Positions 40,608 to 51,386 of a DNA stretch of 64,000 nucleotides are shown here, piece after piece. Made by a program: the position numbers and the translations under genes. The stretch comes from a virus (lineage: Duplodnaviria; Caudoviricetes). The notes beneath the pieces are model-generated. The model had not been told where the DNA came from and did not search any database. It was given only the letters and a program-made list of their open reading frames with translations. The stretch lies in the IMG/VR virus record IMGVR_UViG_3300037067_001478, positions 1,258 through 65,257 of that record; one strand, 5' to 3'. Every line of letters begins with the position of its first letter. Position 1 is the first letter of the stretch.

Positions 40608-41137
40608 TAGAACCAAAGAAGCCGTGTATGATGTGTGCCAAGAAAACACTTGGTAAGAAATGGACACAGGCTGTCATCACAGGCGAGAAAACATCAGTAG
40701 ATGCAGCAGCCGCGTTCAAATGTTCCATCGATGAAGTAGAGGAACACGTCTACAAACACGCCAAAGACACGACTGAAGTGGTCGCCGTCACAATCGTGCG
40801 CGACAAAGAATACTTCCTCACACAACTCGACGACATCAACGTCAAACTTCAAGAAGCCCTCGAAATTGTAGCCGAGGACATGGAACTTGACACGCGCAAA
40901 CTCACGAGCGTCACCAAAGAGATTCGTGAAACACTCAAACTCCTCGCTGAAGTATCAGGAGTCATCGGTGCTGACAACAGCGCTGCAATGGCGCAGCAAC
41001 TCACAGAGATGCAGCAGAAGTATCTGACCCTCACTGGACTTATCCTCGAAGAATGTTGTCCGGTCTGTCAGAAGAAAATCGTAGACCGACTCAAAGGTGA
41101 ACAGAATGTCCAGCCGAAAGAAATTACTTCAGCATGA
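40586..41137 (+). CDS. probable terminase small subunit
   Basis: Helical protein directly upstream of TerL. Confidence 0.55.
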   Translation: MASNKALIEPKKPCMMCAKKTLGKKWTQAVITGEKTSVDAAAAFKCSIDEVEEHVYKHAKDTTEVVAVTIVRDKEYFLTQLDDINVKLQEALEIVAEDMELDTRKLTSVTKEIRETLKLLAEVSGVIGADNSAAMAQQLTEMQQKYLTLTGLILEECCPVCQKKIVDRLKGEQNVQPKEITSA

Positions 41138-41202
41138 AGGGCATCTGTTTGAGTCTGAAATGACAAAAGAACAAACCATCACAGAGATTAACAATATGGA
41201 GA

Positions 41203-42693
41203 ATGAAGATGGCAGTAAAAACAAAAGTAGACCGAAGCGAGTATTTTTCTAAAGACGGCTATGAATACGCCTCTGTAATTCTCCGTATGCGCCAGGACCC
41301 AATCTGGTTTCTGCGAGAACACTGTGGCGTGGAGCCGTTTCCAGCACAGGAAGAAATGATTCGTGAGTTCTATCGAGCCAAATACAACCCAACTCTCCCG
41401 CCTTACCGTCATCTTGTCCTTGCACTTGGTATGCGGTCAGGTAAAACGGCGATGAGTGGGATGTTTGGAGCCATCGAACTCATGGACATATGCACTATTT
41501 CCAACCCATCGAAGCATTATAAACTGCTGAAAGGACAGGGCATTGCGCTTCTTGCGTTAGCCACTTCACTTGACCAGGCCCTCGAAGGAGTGTTCGGCAA
41601 CACAGTGAATCTCCTTGAAGGCTCCGAATTTGTGCAGACGTGGATGGATTTCAAATTTAAATCGGACACAATCGAATGTCCAGACAAGAATGTGTTCTTC
41701 AAGGCTCTCGGGTCTTGGGCAAGCACAGCAGTTGGACGTTCAGCAAAGGCGGTTTTCTTTGACGAACTTGATAACTTTGAAGATACAACATCTAAACGAG
41801 GTGCAACCGAGGTTTACTCGCGTGTTATTAAAGCCACCGATACGCTCGGTGCCGATGGACATACCTTCGCTCTGTCCTCACTCAAATCTCCAAACGGAAT
41901 AATGATGAACCTCTGTAAAGATGCAGAGGATCAGAAGCGTCGTCTTGGAAATGCTTGCAACACCCTTGCATACATCCGACCAACGTGGGAAGTGAATCCT
42001 TTCTTCAATAAAGAAACGCTGATGAAGGAGCATGAGAACAATCTGGCAGCATTTTGGAGAGATTTCGGATGTCAGCCGTCAATCTGGAACGCACTAGCGT
42101 TTCCAAATGGTGTTGTCCTCTCGAAGATGGACAATGTGCTTCTTGCACCGCCAGCAAGTGTCATCAACCAACCCTACCGTGTAATGGCAATCGATCCTGC
42201 CGTAAAGAAAGATGCCTTCGGTATCGCTTGTGGCTATCGTCATCGTTCAGGGAAGATAATTGTTGATGGTGTGCATCGTTTCCAGAAGAAAGAGGGTAAC
42301 ATCATGATTATGCCGTCAGAAATTAAGGCATATCTCAATCGTGTGCTGCCAACTCTTAACGTCAAAGTGTTCCTCCATGATACTTGGATGTATTCTGACA
42401 TCATAGAGGAGATAATCCACAAAGGAATAAAGACCGAGCAGCATATAGTCAACTACGATGATTACTCTACATGGCTCGATCTTGAATCCAGTGGAAAAGT
42501 GACCGTTGTTTATGATGATGTCCTTCGTTTAGAATGTGACAAACTCATCGTGACACCAGGACAGAAGCCAAAGATAGACCACCCATCGGCTGGTTCTAAA
42601 GATATGGCTGATTCTGTCGCAAATTGTATGAGATATATTAATGAAAACAAATTGAATACGCTCCCGAAAATGACGGGATATATGGGGTTTTAA
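41203..42693 (+). CDS. terL: terminase large subunit
   Basis: GMRSGKT Walker A, FFDE Walker B, AIDPA..DAFG nuclease, SKDMADSVA. Confidence 0.92.
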   Translation: MKMAVKTKVDRSEYFSKDGYEYASVILRMRQDPIWFLREHCGVEPFPAQEEMIREFYRAKYNPTLPPYRHLVLALGMRSGKTAMSGMFGAIELMDICTISNPSKHYKLLKGQGIALLALATSLDQALEGVFGNTVNLLEGSEFVQTWMDFKFKSDTIECPDKNVFFKALGSWASTAVGRSAKAVFFDELDNFEDTTSKRGATEVYSRVIKATDTLGADGHTFALSSLKSPNGIMMNLCKDAEDQKRRLGNACNTLAYIRPTWEVNPFFNKETLMKEHENNLAAFWRDFGCQPSIWNALAFPNGVVLSKMDNVLLAPPASVINQPYRVMAIDPAVKKDAFGIACGYRHRSGKIIVDGVHRFQKKEGNIMIMPSEIKAYLNRVLPTLNVKVFLHDTWMYSDIIEEIIHKGIKTEQHIVNYDDYSTWLDLESSGKVTVVYDDVLRLECDKLIVTPGQKPKIDHPSAGSKDMADSVANCMRYINENKLNTLPKMTGYMGF

Positions 42694-42819
42694 AAATGAA
42701 ATTGGACTATGGTAAGATTACTGATGAAATAATCGCCGAGTTTCCTGACCTCAAAAGACAGGAAGCGGTAGTGTTTGAAGTTGTGAAAAAAGTATCTCTC
42801 GCATATGGATGTGCATTAA

Positions 42820-44394
42820 ATGACTGCTTCAAAGAAAAAGACGACAACTAAATCGACTGCGCTGACAACCACAGAGAAGCATGAGTTCATGAATTCAGAT
42901 GTCAATTCTTTTACTCTGCCAAACTCTAATAAGATCATCGCAGGACAAATGATTACAGGAAACCTAACAGCATACATCATGGGAATGTCTAACTTCGACG
43001 CTCTCACTGACTGTCAGGTTTTCGAGCAGATGTATAAGCATGAGGCTGACATCGGCTCTGGTATAGACCGAGTATCTACCCTCGTATCAGAGGCGTTCAA
43101 AGGAATTGTTCCAAAGGACATCGGAACTAAACTCGAAAAGAAAGAGGAGCGCTGCCTGAAGGATGCAAAGAAAATCTATGAGGCAATGCGCATTGATAAT
43201 CTCGCTGAAGCATACACCGAAATTATAATGACACAGGGAAATCTATTTATCGACTACCGAAACAAACTCGCTCCGTCGATTCTTCCCAACAATCTTGTTA
43301 CATTCATTCCTGATATGCAGTATCGTAACAATGCGGCTATCGTTCTATTCACAGACCCGAAGTATCTTGTCGTCAATGAGCAGTTGAAACCACAGTCGCC
43401 AAGTTACGTCATCGAGCGCGAGAACTATATTCATATCAAGTATAAAGATTCACCCGTTATGGCGATGGACAATCTCTCCAGGACCACATTCGGCATCTAC
43501 TCAATCTCTCCTCTACATCGCTGTATTATTCCCGTCTGGTGGAAACGTCAGATCACAATGATTGATATTCTGCTTCGTGCAAAGATGATACCTAGAGAAC
43601 ACCACCAGATCAACGCTGAAATCTTCAGTCTGGAAGGTTATCAGGGTACTCCTGACCAGCAACGCGCTGCACAGGCCGCAGATGTTCAATTGTTTATCTC
43701 GAACTACATCAACACCATCAAGAATCAGGCAGTTGATCAGGGATACATCACACTTGACACAGTGGACATCAAATCCGTCGGTGGAGATAGTAAGTATCTT
43801 CAGAGCAACGATCTCCTGAAACAACTTCAGGGCGACATCTACACTGGACTGAACGTTCCTGCATCAATCGTCAATGGTAAAGATGCTGGTTCCTATGCTA
43901 GCGAACTAGTAGTATCCAATTACGTGTCAGCAAAGGTAATACAGATAGCCAAGAAGATTAAGTTCGTGCTTCTCAACATGATTCGTGACAGACTCTTATT
44001 AATAGATCCCACGTATCCAATAGAGATTGTAGACATCAAACTCGAACTGATCCTCTCAATGAACCGTCTTGAATCCTTCCGTCAGTTATCCCTCATGGTT
44101 GCTGCTGGTGTCTTTACACAGGACGAGATTCGTGCTATCGTGGCATACGACGCGCTGACTGATGAACAGAAGAAGAACATTGTTTCGACGGGTAAACTTG
44201 TCATTGGTGATCCAGGTGAGGAGCCAGAGGAACCAGAGTTTCCAAAGGCGCCTGGTGAAAAGATAGGTGTAACCGCCAACAATGTCGCTGCTAATGCAGC
44301 AAGAGGTGGCAACGGAGAAGATGCTGCCTATCCTGATACCGACGAAAGTGCTGGTTCTCATACCAGAGATGCGTCGCAAAACATTTTGAGATAG
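42820..44394 (+). CDS. portal protein
   Basis: 524 aa after TerL; TGLNVPASIVNG...SYASE, TQDEIRAIV. Confidence 0.75.
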   Translation: MTASKKKTTTKSTALTTTEKHEFMNSDVNSFTLPNSNKIIAGQMITGNLTAYIMGMSNFDALTDCQVFEQMYKHEADIGSGIDRVSTLVSEAFKGIVPKDIGTKLEKKEERCLKDAKKIYEAMRIDNLAEAYTEIIMTQGNLFIDYRNKLAPSILPNNLVTFIPDMQYRNNAAIVLFTDPKYLVVNEQLKPQSPSYVIERENYIHIKYKDSPVMAMDNLSRTTFGIYSISPLHRCIIPVWWKRQITMIDILLRAKMIPREHHQINAEIFSLEGYQGTPDQQRAAQAADVQLFISNYINTIKNQAVDQGYITLDTVDIKSVGGDSKYLQSNDLLKQLQGDIYTGLNVPASIVNGKDAGSYASELVVSNYVSAKVIQIAKKIKFVLLNMIRDRLLLIDPTYPIEIVDIKLELILSMNRLESFRQLSLMVAAGVFTQDEIRAIVAYDALTDEQKKNIVSTGKLVIGDPGEEPEEPEFPKAPGEKIGVTANNVAANAARGGNGEDAAYPDTDESAGSHTRDASQNILR

Positions 44395-44446
44395 ACTTAT
44401 ACAACCTATCTCTATTTAACGAAAGAAAAATATATACATAGGAATA

Positions 44447-45820
44447 GTGTTTGGTGATATTATGTTTAACTTTGGGGATGTAGTATGGATTGACTCTACG
44501 AATCTCAAAGTCCAAGGCGCAGCCATCACTAAAGGAATCTGTCGTTCAGCAGAAGGTAAGGAATTTGACTTTACTAACGAACTGATGACAAAAATCCTTT
44601 CGCATTTTGATAGTGCCGTACCAATTAAGATTGGGCATGGCGACACACCAGAAGTAGGACGTGCTTTCAAGATGGGATATGACTCAACTTCAAAGAGTCT
44701 ACCATTTGTAGGACACATCTACGGCGATGATAAACGTGATGAAATTGAATCTCATGGAAAGAACAAGATCAGTCCAGAGATCGACTTCACTTTTGACGCA
44801 ACTGGTTTACCTATTGATGGTGTCATAACTGCTCTTGCCCTCGTTCCAATACCAGCAATGGAAGGAACACAGGTAAGTTGTATGCCTATGACATTTAGCG
44901 CTCCCTCTCATCCTTGGGATTACGGTAAGGACGCAACTGGTTCTTGGGATAAGCCAAGCCTCGGCGACTTTACTAGTAAGAACTGGGGAGAGTTGGATGA
45001 GAAAGAGAAGTCAAATATTGCAGGCCACTTTGCTTATTCTGCCGAACTACCTGCGACATCTTTCGGTGATTTCAAGTTCCCACATCACAACCCCAAATCA
45101 CACGCGGTTGTATGGGCGGCTGTTGCTAACGCAATGGCTCGATTGAAACAGTCATCGCTTGATTCGTCTGATAGAAAGACAGTATATAATCATTTAGTTA
45201 AACACTACAAAGAGTTTGACAAACCTGTTCCTGCGATGTTTGAGAGTGACCATATGAAACAAGAAGGAATCATGGTATTCTACCCGAAGGGAACAGAAGT
45301 AGTCGAACCGATTACTCCTCCCGTCGTGGAACCAACTGGCTCTGCAAACTTTGAAGCAGAGATCAGTAAATATAAAGAGATGAGCGCTCGCTTCGAGGCT
45401 GAAGCAGTAGCAGCAAAGGCTGAAGTTGCATCCGCACACGCTGATGTAGCAGGTCTTAAGGCTGTTGCCGATGCTAAAACCGCAGAGAACGCAACTCTTG
45501 CTGCACAGATAAATGACTACAAGAGCAAGGTTGACGCACTCACGGCAGAGAACTCTGGTTTCATTCAAGAGAAAACAGATGTTGTCGTAGCGGAACTCAA
45601 AACGCTCGGATTCAAAGCGCCTGAAACTATCGCCGCAGATTTACCAGCGAAGCAGCGCATTGAAGTACTGAAGCAGATGAAAAGCAACTTTGTTGTAAAT
45701 GCTCCAGGTGAAACTCCCACGACTCCAGTAGTCGTTCCTCCCGCGAAGAAAACGGGTAAGGCCGCTGTGATCGAGAGCATGCCCGAAGAATTAAGAAAAT
45801 ATATTAAATCAGGTGAATAA
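44447..45820 (+). CDS. prohead protease-scaffold fusion with inserted domain
   Basis: H, ISPEI, TALALVPIPA (Mu-like protease); Ala-rich coiled-coil C-terminus. Confidence 0.7.
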   Translation: MFGDIMFNFGDVVWIDSTNLKVQGAAITKGICRSAEGKEFDFTNELMTKILSHFDSAVPIKIGHGDTPEVGRAFKMGYDSTSKSLPFVGHIYGDDKRDEIESHGKNKISPEIDFTFDATGLPIDGVITALALVPIPAMEGTQVSCMPMTFSAPSHPWDYGKDATGSWDKPSLGDFTSKNWGELDEKEKSNIAGHFAYSAELPATSFGDFKFPHHNPKSHAVVWAAVANAMARLKQSSLDSSDRKTVYNHLVKHYKEFDKPVPAMFESDHMKQEGIMVFYPKGTEVVEPITPPVVEPTGSANFEAEISKYKEMSARFEAEAVAAKAEVASAHADVAGLKAVADAKTAENATLAAQINDYKSKVDALTAENSGFIQEKTDVVVAELKTLGFKAPETIAADLPAKQRIEVLKQMKSNFVVNAPGETPTTPVVVPPAKKTGKAAVIESMPEELRKYIKSGE

Positions 45821-45822
45821 AC

Positions 45823-46269
45823 ATGTCAGGTGGATTTGTTAATGGTATCGAATATCCCGGCCGCAGGTTTACTGCTCATCAGGCAATAACCTATGCTGGA
45901 TCGCTCGTGAAGTTTGTTGCAGGTGTAGCAGACGAAGTTGACCTCGCAGTTGAAGGCGATATGCCCATTGGTTACGTCCATATGGGTTCTCTGTCGCTCG
46001 CTACTGGCGCAGTTGCATACGCGGCTGACGCATCCGTCGCAGTTAAAGGACTCGTTCCCGGAACTGTTGTTGAGATGCCCGTCGTAGCAGGTAACATTGA
46101 GATCACCATTGGTGCAGAAGTCGAAACCGCCGCAGGTGGCTGTGTCGATGGTTCTGACGCTGGTGCAGGATCAATGGTTGTCGGTAAGGCACTTGAACTT
46201 GTTGCCGCAGGACAGGCAGCAGGAACGTTTGTGAAAGTGTGGGTAGCACCGAGGTTCGTCCTCTCGTAG
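45823..46269 (+). CDS. head decoration/cement protein
   Basis: Gly/Ala/Val-rich, GKALE motif, between protease and MCP. Confidence 0.65.
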   Translation: MSGGFVNGIEYPGRRFTAHQAITYAGSLVKFVAGVADEVDLAVEGDMPIGYVHMGSLSLATGAVAYAADASVAVKGLVPGTVVEMPVVAGNIEITIGAEVETAAGGCVDGSDAGAGSMVVGKALELVAAGQAAGTFVKVWVAPRFVLS

Positions 46270-46277
46270 ATTAATTA

Positions 46278-47165
46278 ATGGAGATGAATAACATGACAAA
46301 ATACAATTTTTCAAGCGGTTACAACACCTCTGATGCAGACGCAATGCGCGCGATGCTGACTACCGAGATCGTCTACAACCTTGCAGACACTCTGTATGTT
46401 GGTGGACTGCTCATGCCAACCAGCACGACCCCTAACCTTCTGTACAAACTTGCAACCCCGACGACCAACACATTCGAGATGCAGGAAATTGTAGAAGGCG
46501 GTAAGGCTGATCTGTCTGACTTCCAGTGGTACGGACAGTACATCGAACTGAAAAAGAACCAGGTTCGCTACATCATTGACGATGAAGTCAAGGCAGTCGA
46601 GCAGGGTGCAGAGCAGGAAACTCTCAACGCACAGTATTCCGCACAGGCCCTCGCATACAAGAAAGACCGTCAGATTTTCACCGCAGCCCTCGCTGGTGCA
46701 GGTGACACGGTTGCCGCCGGTGGATTCTGGGATGCAGCCGCAAGCCAGCCCCAGGACGACATCCTGAAAGCAATCGCCAAGATCGTCAACAACACGACCA
46801 TTACCGACAGCGATCTTAAGAACATGGTTCTTCTGTATCCCGCAAAGGTATTCGGTCAGTTGTCCAAGCCGATTCAGATCGGTGAGATCCAGCAATCAGT
46901 TGAGGAATTTATCGGCAAGAAAGGCCTGAAGATCGCGTTCACTCGCGCACTCACGACCTCCGCAATTGTCGGTATCAACACTCCCCGTATGGGCCGCCAC
47001 ATGGTTCACGATGGATCAAAGATCCCCGGTGCCGAAACCTGGCGTGAAGTCGGTGTTGGTCAGGGATTCCTCGTCACCCAGTACTTCAACACGGCAATCA
47101 TACCGTATGCGTCTGGGCAGTCAACCTCCAAGTATCTCTGTACCATCACAGGCGTATCAGCATAA
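46278..47165 (+). CDS. major capsid protein (HK97 fold expected)
   Basis: Position, size, biased codon usage; ALAYKKDRQIF backbone-helix pattern. Confidence 0.8.
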   Translation: MEMNNMTKYNFSSGYNTSDADAMRAMLTTEIVYNLADTLYVGGLLMPTSTTPNLLYKLATPTTNTFEMQEIVEGGKADLSDFQWYGQYIELKKNQVRYIIDDEVKAVEQGAEQETLNAQYSAQALAYKKDRQIFTAALAGAGDTVAAGGFWDAAASQPQDDILKAIAKIVNNTTITDSDLKNMVLLYPAKVFGQLSKPIQIGEIQQSVEEFIGKKGLKIAFTRALTTSAIVGINTPRMGRHMVHDGSKIPGAETWREVGVGQGFLVTQYFNTAIIPYASGQSTSKYLCTITGVSA

Positions 47166-47198
47166 TCCTGATACAAATTTATTTTTGAGGCGTTAATT

Positions 47199-47618
47199 AT
47201 GGCAATCGATCTAGCAAGACTTATCCTCGATGTTCAGGTTAGTTTGTCTGATATTCCCGACAACTACGCCACTGATGAACAATTATATGACAGCCTCAAA
47301 ATGGCACAAGGTTATATCGACACACTCATTGATGATAGTGTCACAGAGGATTTAGAGGCTAAAGCAATTAGAGCGCTTGCCACGTATTTTGCGTATGTCA
47401 ATTATACAAGTTTAGTTGAACGCACTCGCGGCGAAGTATCACAAGCATCCTCTATTAAACTCGCTGCACTTCAACGCATAGCAGTTTCTTTTCTACGACG
47501 TATAACGACTCTCGCAATAAACGATGATACAACGGTTGACCAGTCGGCAGGAGCAAAGAAATTATGGGCAGCAGTAGGCATGTCCGTTTCAACTCTTGAT
47601 TCCAACATCTCAACCTAA
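47199..47618 (+). CDS. head-tail adaptor
   Basis: Helical 139 aa after MCP. Confidence 0.55.
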   Translation: MAIDLARLILDVQVSLSDIPDNYATDEQLYDSLKMAQGYIDTLIDDSVTEDLEAKAIRALATYFAYVNYTSLVERTRGEVSQASSIKLAALQRIAVSFLRRITTLAINDDTTVDQSAGAKKLWAAVGMSVSTLDSNIST

Positions 47619-47654
47619 CTCTTTTGTATCATATGAGAACGTGGCTTCTCTTGC

Positions 47655-47684
47655 TCTAGCAGCATCTAATAAGAGTCTAGTAGA
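47655..47684 (+). promoter_or_regulatory. 30-bp dyad TAATAA element
   Basis: TCTAGCAG CATC TAATAA GAGT CTAGTAGA; 38 nt to GTG 47711. Confidence 0.7.
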
Positions 47685-47710
47685 AATAATAATATGCTTG
47701 ATGGACAAGT

Positions 47711-48343
47711 GTGGGTGTTACTGTGATTCGATTGAAGTGGAAGCCTAATAAGTCTGTATCAAGACAGTTCAATAAAATTTTCAAAGGTAATCAACCAGCA
47801 ATCAACGAAGTCATGGAGAAGGCAGAAGCACAAATTCAAGAGTATTGGAAGGATAACGTCTATTCATACTTCGATGCTCGCGCAAAAGCAGGACTTCCAA
47901 ACACAGGTCAATTAGGCAGGTCTTTAAGAATAAAAGTTTCAGGAACTAAATTACAGTTCTTCATGGTTCCCATGCACAATGACAGGACGAAGAAAGTTGA
48001 GTTTGATTTTCGTATCCCAATGTTCTCTGGTAAGATGTCTTTTAAAGCATTTGTCATGCCAAGCATGGGAGTAGGTCGTATAAAAGATTACGACTATGGT
48101 GAACTATTAAGAAATGGTTTCAGCGCATCTAATAGTGGTGCATACAGTTACGAAAAGGACTGTAAGGTTGGCGTTTATACAGGCGGCTACCATCCTGGTT
48201 ATGATGCCAAGACCCGTTGGGTTCCTTGGTATGAGGACTTCTCTGGTGAAGCAAGACAAATCCTTGCCGATTTAATGATAGAAAAACTTAAAGCGGCAGG
48301 AGCAACTATTAAAGGACAGTGGAGAGTTGATATTGTAATATGA
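47711..48343 (+). CDS. neck/tail completion protein
   Basis: Synteny; TGQLGRSL motif. Confidence 0.5.
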   Translation: MGVTVIRLKWKPNKSVSRQFNKIFKGNQPAINEVMEKAEAQIQEYWKDNVYSYFDARAKAGLPNTGQLGRSLRIKVSGTKLQFFMVPMHNDRTKKVEFDFRIPMFSGKMSFKAFVMPSMGVGRIKDYDYGELLRNGFSASNSGAYSYEKDCKVGVYTGGYHPGYDAKTRWVPWYEDFSGEARQILADLMIEKLKAAGATIKGQWRVDIVI

Positions 48344-48693
48344 TTATCGCTGACATCGCAAAGGCACTCCAATCACACAAATACAAAGTAGATACGATGC
48401 TGATGAATAAAGAGGCGACGAATCATGTTTCTGTCGTTCTCGCTGGCTTTGACCCAATGCTCGAAACTGGTTCAACGTATCTTCCTGAAGTAGAGGTGCA
48501 TATAATATTTTATATGACTGATGGAGATCTCGCAATCGCACAGATAAAAGACATTATTGAGATCATACACGAAGATGTTGTTCTCACGAACTATCATCAT
48601 TTCAGATTTGATTCAGTAAATATAAATGCTACCAACAACGATCTTGAAATCAAAATGGTAATTAAATACAGGGATGTGATTAATCTTGGTTAA
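48340..48693 (+). CDS. tail terminator-like protein
   Basis: Synteny before tail tube. Confidence 0.5.
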   Translation: MIIADIAKALQSHKYKVDTMLMNKEATNHVSVVLAGFDPMLETGSTYLPEVEVHIIFYMTDGDLAIAQIKDIIEIIHEDVVLTNYHHFRFDSVNINATNNDLEIKMVIKYRDVINLG

Positions 48694-49573
48694 CTATGTT
48701 AAAGTCGGTAATGAATCCAATTTTGGAACACATGTTGCTACGACAGGTATCAATGTGTCTGATGTAAGTGTCGATGTTGATCGTTCACTTCTTATTGAGG
48801 AGAATATTGATAACTTCATCGCTGCAACTGCATACGGTGGCCCACTTAAAATCAGTGGTTCTATTGAGGGAACGCTTCGTCCGAAGCAACTCGAACTTAT
48901 GCTGAAAGCATTTATGGGTGATGCAACTGGCCCATATACATTCAGTGTTCCAACGTCGATGTCAATAGACATTGGTGAGGAACTGATGAACCAGGAAATG
49001 CAATGTGTTGGTTGTGGTATCTCGAAACTCTCACTGACATTCGCGGCAAAAGAGTTTGCAACATTCACGGCTGACTTCTTCGCAAAGAACTACTCACTCG
49101 TTGCTTTCTCCGAACCAACTATCACCGCCGAAGATCCAGCAGTATTCTACAATGCGAGTCTTACAATAGGAGGCACTCCATCAACCGAGATTAAAGAAAT
49201 CACAGTTGACCTCGATAGAAAACTCGATGATGATAACTTCGTCCTTAACGACTTCACTCTCCATCGTCTTGCACGAACTGGTGTGACTAGCGTTACTGGT
49301 TCAATTACATTCGCTGAAACTGCGTTTGATGAGTATAGACGCGCACTCACTGGAACAACTTCTGGTACTGCCGTAGATGCTAATAACACCGTGGGAAGTG
49401 CAGCACTCATTATTATCTGTACTAACATGGCAGGAACCGAATCATTCAGACTATCCATGCCTGTATCCGTATATGGAAAGGGTGGCAAGAAAATCTCAAA
49501 GGTTTCAGAAATTGAAAAGATTGTAGACTTCACCGCAACAGGTAGTGGAGTTACATTCACGGTGGCGGCTTAA
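48686..49573 (+). CDS. major tail tube protein
   Basis: GNESNFGT, GCGISKLSLTF, VTGSITF; beta-rich 295 aa. Confidence 0.75.
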   Translation: MVNYVKVGNESNFGTHVATTGINVSDVSVDVDRSLLIEENIDNFIAATAYGGPLKISGSIEGTLRPKQLELMLKAFMGDATGPYTFSVPTSMSIDIGEELMNQEMQCVGCGISKLSLTFAAKEFATFTADFFAKNYSLVAFSEPTITAEDPAVFYNASLTIGGTPSTEIKEITVDLDRKLDDDNFVLNDFTLHRLARTGVTSVTGSITFAETAFDEYRRALTGTTSGTAVDANNTVGSAALIIICTNMAGTESFRLSMPVSVYGKGGKKISKVSEIEKIVDFTATGSGVTFTVAA

Positions 49574-49575
49574 GT

Positions 49576-49923
49576 ATGATATTCATTAATGTCGAAGTGA
49601 AAAGTGGAGTGTATAAAATCCGCAAGCCAATGGGCAGGATGGGCGCACTCCACTTTGGTATTATCACAAAATACATGCCAGCAAATAAGAAGGCAGAAGG
49701 CGACCCAATGTCGCCAATGGAACAGGAACGTATCGGCGAAGGATTTGAACAGTGGGCGCAGAAAGTCCTGCCAAATCTCCTCATTTCTTTTACTCCCAAA
49801 GATTCAGCAGCACCGAAGGATTCAATAACAATCGACGATGTAAGTGGTGAAGATCAATACTCGTTATTCCTTGCTGTGTGTTCGACGATGGAAACGTCGG
49901 AAACATTCTTTCGGATTGTTTAA
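49576..49923 (+). CDS. tail assembly chaperone
   Basis: Between tube and tape measure genes. Confidence 0.55.
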   Translation: MIFINVEVKSGVYKIRKPMGRMGALHFGIITKYMPANKKAEGDPMSPMEQERIGEGFEQWAQKVLPNLLISFTPKDSAAPKDSITIDDVSGEDQYSLFLAVCSTMETSETFFRIV

Positions 49924-49930
49924 AAAGGAA

Positions 49931-50104
49931 ATGAAAGTTGCCCTCGGTATAGTAGCAATTGACACTGGTCAACGTCCATCAACTCTTTTAACTTGGACTG
50001 AAGAAGAAGATTGGATGGCTCGTTTACTTTTTGATTTTGATGTAATAAATACATATCATACCGAAGAAAACAAAGAGCAAAAGAAAGCGATGAAAAGGAG
50101 GTGA
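49931..50104 (+). CDS. second tail chaperone segment (possible frameshift extension)
   Basis: Open frame overlapping the previous ORF from 49844; ATG at 49931. Confidence 0.45.
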   Translation: MKVALGIVAIDTGQRPSTLLTWTEEEDWMARLLFDFDVINTYHTEENKEQKKAMKRR

Positions 50105-50107
50105 ACT

Positions 50108-51382
50108 ATGGCAGACCCAATCGGAACTCTTACAGTGGTCGTCGATGCAAGTGCATTGGATAAAGTGACGAAGAAATATCAAGGACAAGGTCTTGATGTT
50201 ACTCAACGTATGGGTGGTGTTGCTGGTAAACCTGGGCAAGCAGCGCTGCAAATAAGTGGTGCGGCTAGTAAAATTGCAGCAGCAACAGCCGCGTTGCCAG
50301 GTGGCACTCGATATGGTGCTAGAGTTCAGACGGCAGGTGCTGGTGTCACGCCTGGTATAACAGGATTTGCTAATCGTCTTAAAAATACATTCACGATGAA
50401 GAACGCTAAAGATATGAATAAGTCATTGTTCATGCTTCAGATGTCATCGTTGGGTGTTGCATTTTCATTCATGTCTATCATCGGACAGATGTTAGGATTG
50501 TTCTCTGGTCTACAAGATTTAGGAACAATGATTTCAACTGGTGCAATAGGAACAGCATTTGCTGGTATTGCAACAGGTGGTGAAGGTACAAACATCGCGG
50601 CATCAATGGGTGTAACAACTGAAATGCAGACGGCTGCATGGGCAGGATTTACAGCAATAGTCAATCAGTTCAAAGCCGTGTTCGATGCACTTGCAGTTAA
50701 AGTATTATCACCCGAAATGGTGGCAGCAATCCTCGCTGTCATAGATGCAATAGCAATTACTCTCGCCGATCCAGCAGTCGTGAAAGCATTACAGGAAATT
50801 ATTAAGGCAGTCCTCGAAATTGTGTTGGCTTTCTTACCACTGATTCCAGTTATTGCCAACGTAGTTAATTGGCTCGGAGATACAGGGTTACTGAAATTCT
50901 TACTACTCATAATCGTCGCAGCAGAAATATTACTCCCGACACTCGCATATCTTCAGTTTGCATTTACTGGAATAATGACGATAGTAACATTCTTACAGGC
51001 GGCAGCAGCATTGCTACTTATACCGATGAGTACATTGATTATTATTATCGGTGTAATAATTATAGTAGTTGATTTCCTGATTCACTTCTTCGAGAATCTT
51101 GCTATGGGTATGGATGTCGCAAGCGCATTTACAAATGCTCTCGGTCAGACCCTCGCTGATTTCGTCAATGTAATAATTGGTATCTATAATACAATCGCTT
51201 CGATCATACCTGGATTACCAAAGGCCCAACAGTGGTCAACCAGTACAGGAAGCGAAAATCCAGCGACGACAAAAGCAACAACAATCGTCAACAACATTAA
51301 CTTCAATAAGAATGTTGGTGTTGGTGATGGTAAGACGGCAGCAAAAATAGCAAATGATGCGGCGAACGCATCGATGGGGTGA
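50108..51382 (+). CDS. tape measure protein (short, 424 aa)
   Basis: Ala/Gly-rich helical with long hydrophobic stretches; synteny. Confidence 0.75.
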   Translation: MADPIGTLTVVVDASALDKVTKKYQGQGLDVTQRMGGVAGKPGQAALQISGAASKIAAATAALPGGTRYGARVQTAGAGVTPGITGFANRLKNTFTMKNAKDMNKSLFMLQMSSLGVAFSFMSIIGQMLGLFSGLQDLGTMISTGAIGTAFAGIATGGEGTNIAASMGVTTEMQTAAWAGFTAIVNQFKAVFDALAVKVLSPEMVAAILAVIDAIAITLADPAVVKALQEIIKAVLEIVLAFLPLIPVIANVVNWLGDTGLLKFLLLIIVAAEILLPTLAYLQFAFTGIMTIVTFLQAAAALLLIPMSTLIIIIGVIIIVVDFLIHFFENLAMGMDVASAFTNALGQTLADFVNVIIGIYNTIASIIPGLPKAQQWSTSTGSENPATTKATTIVNNINFNKNVGVGDGKTAAKIANDAANASMG

Positions 51383-51386
51383 TTGA

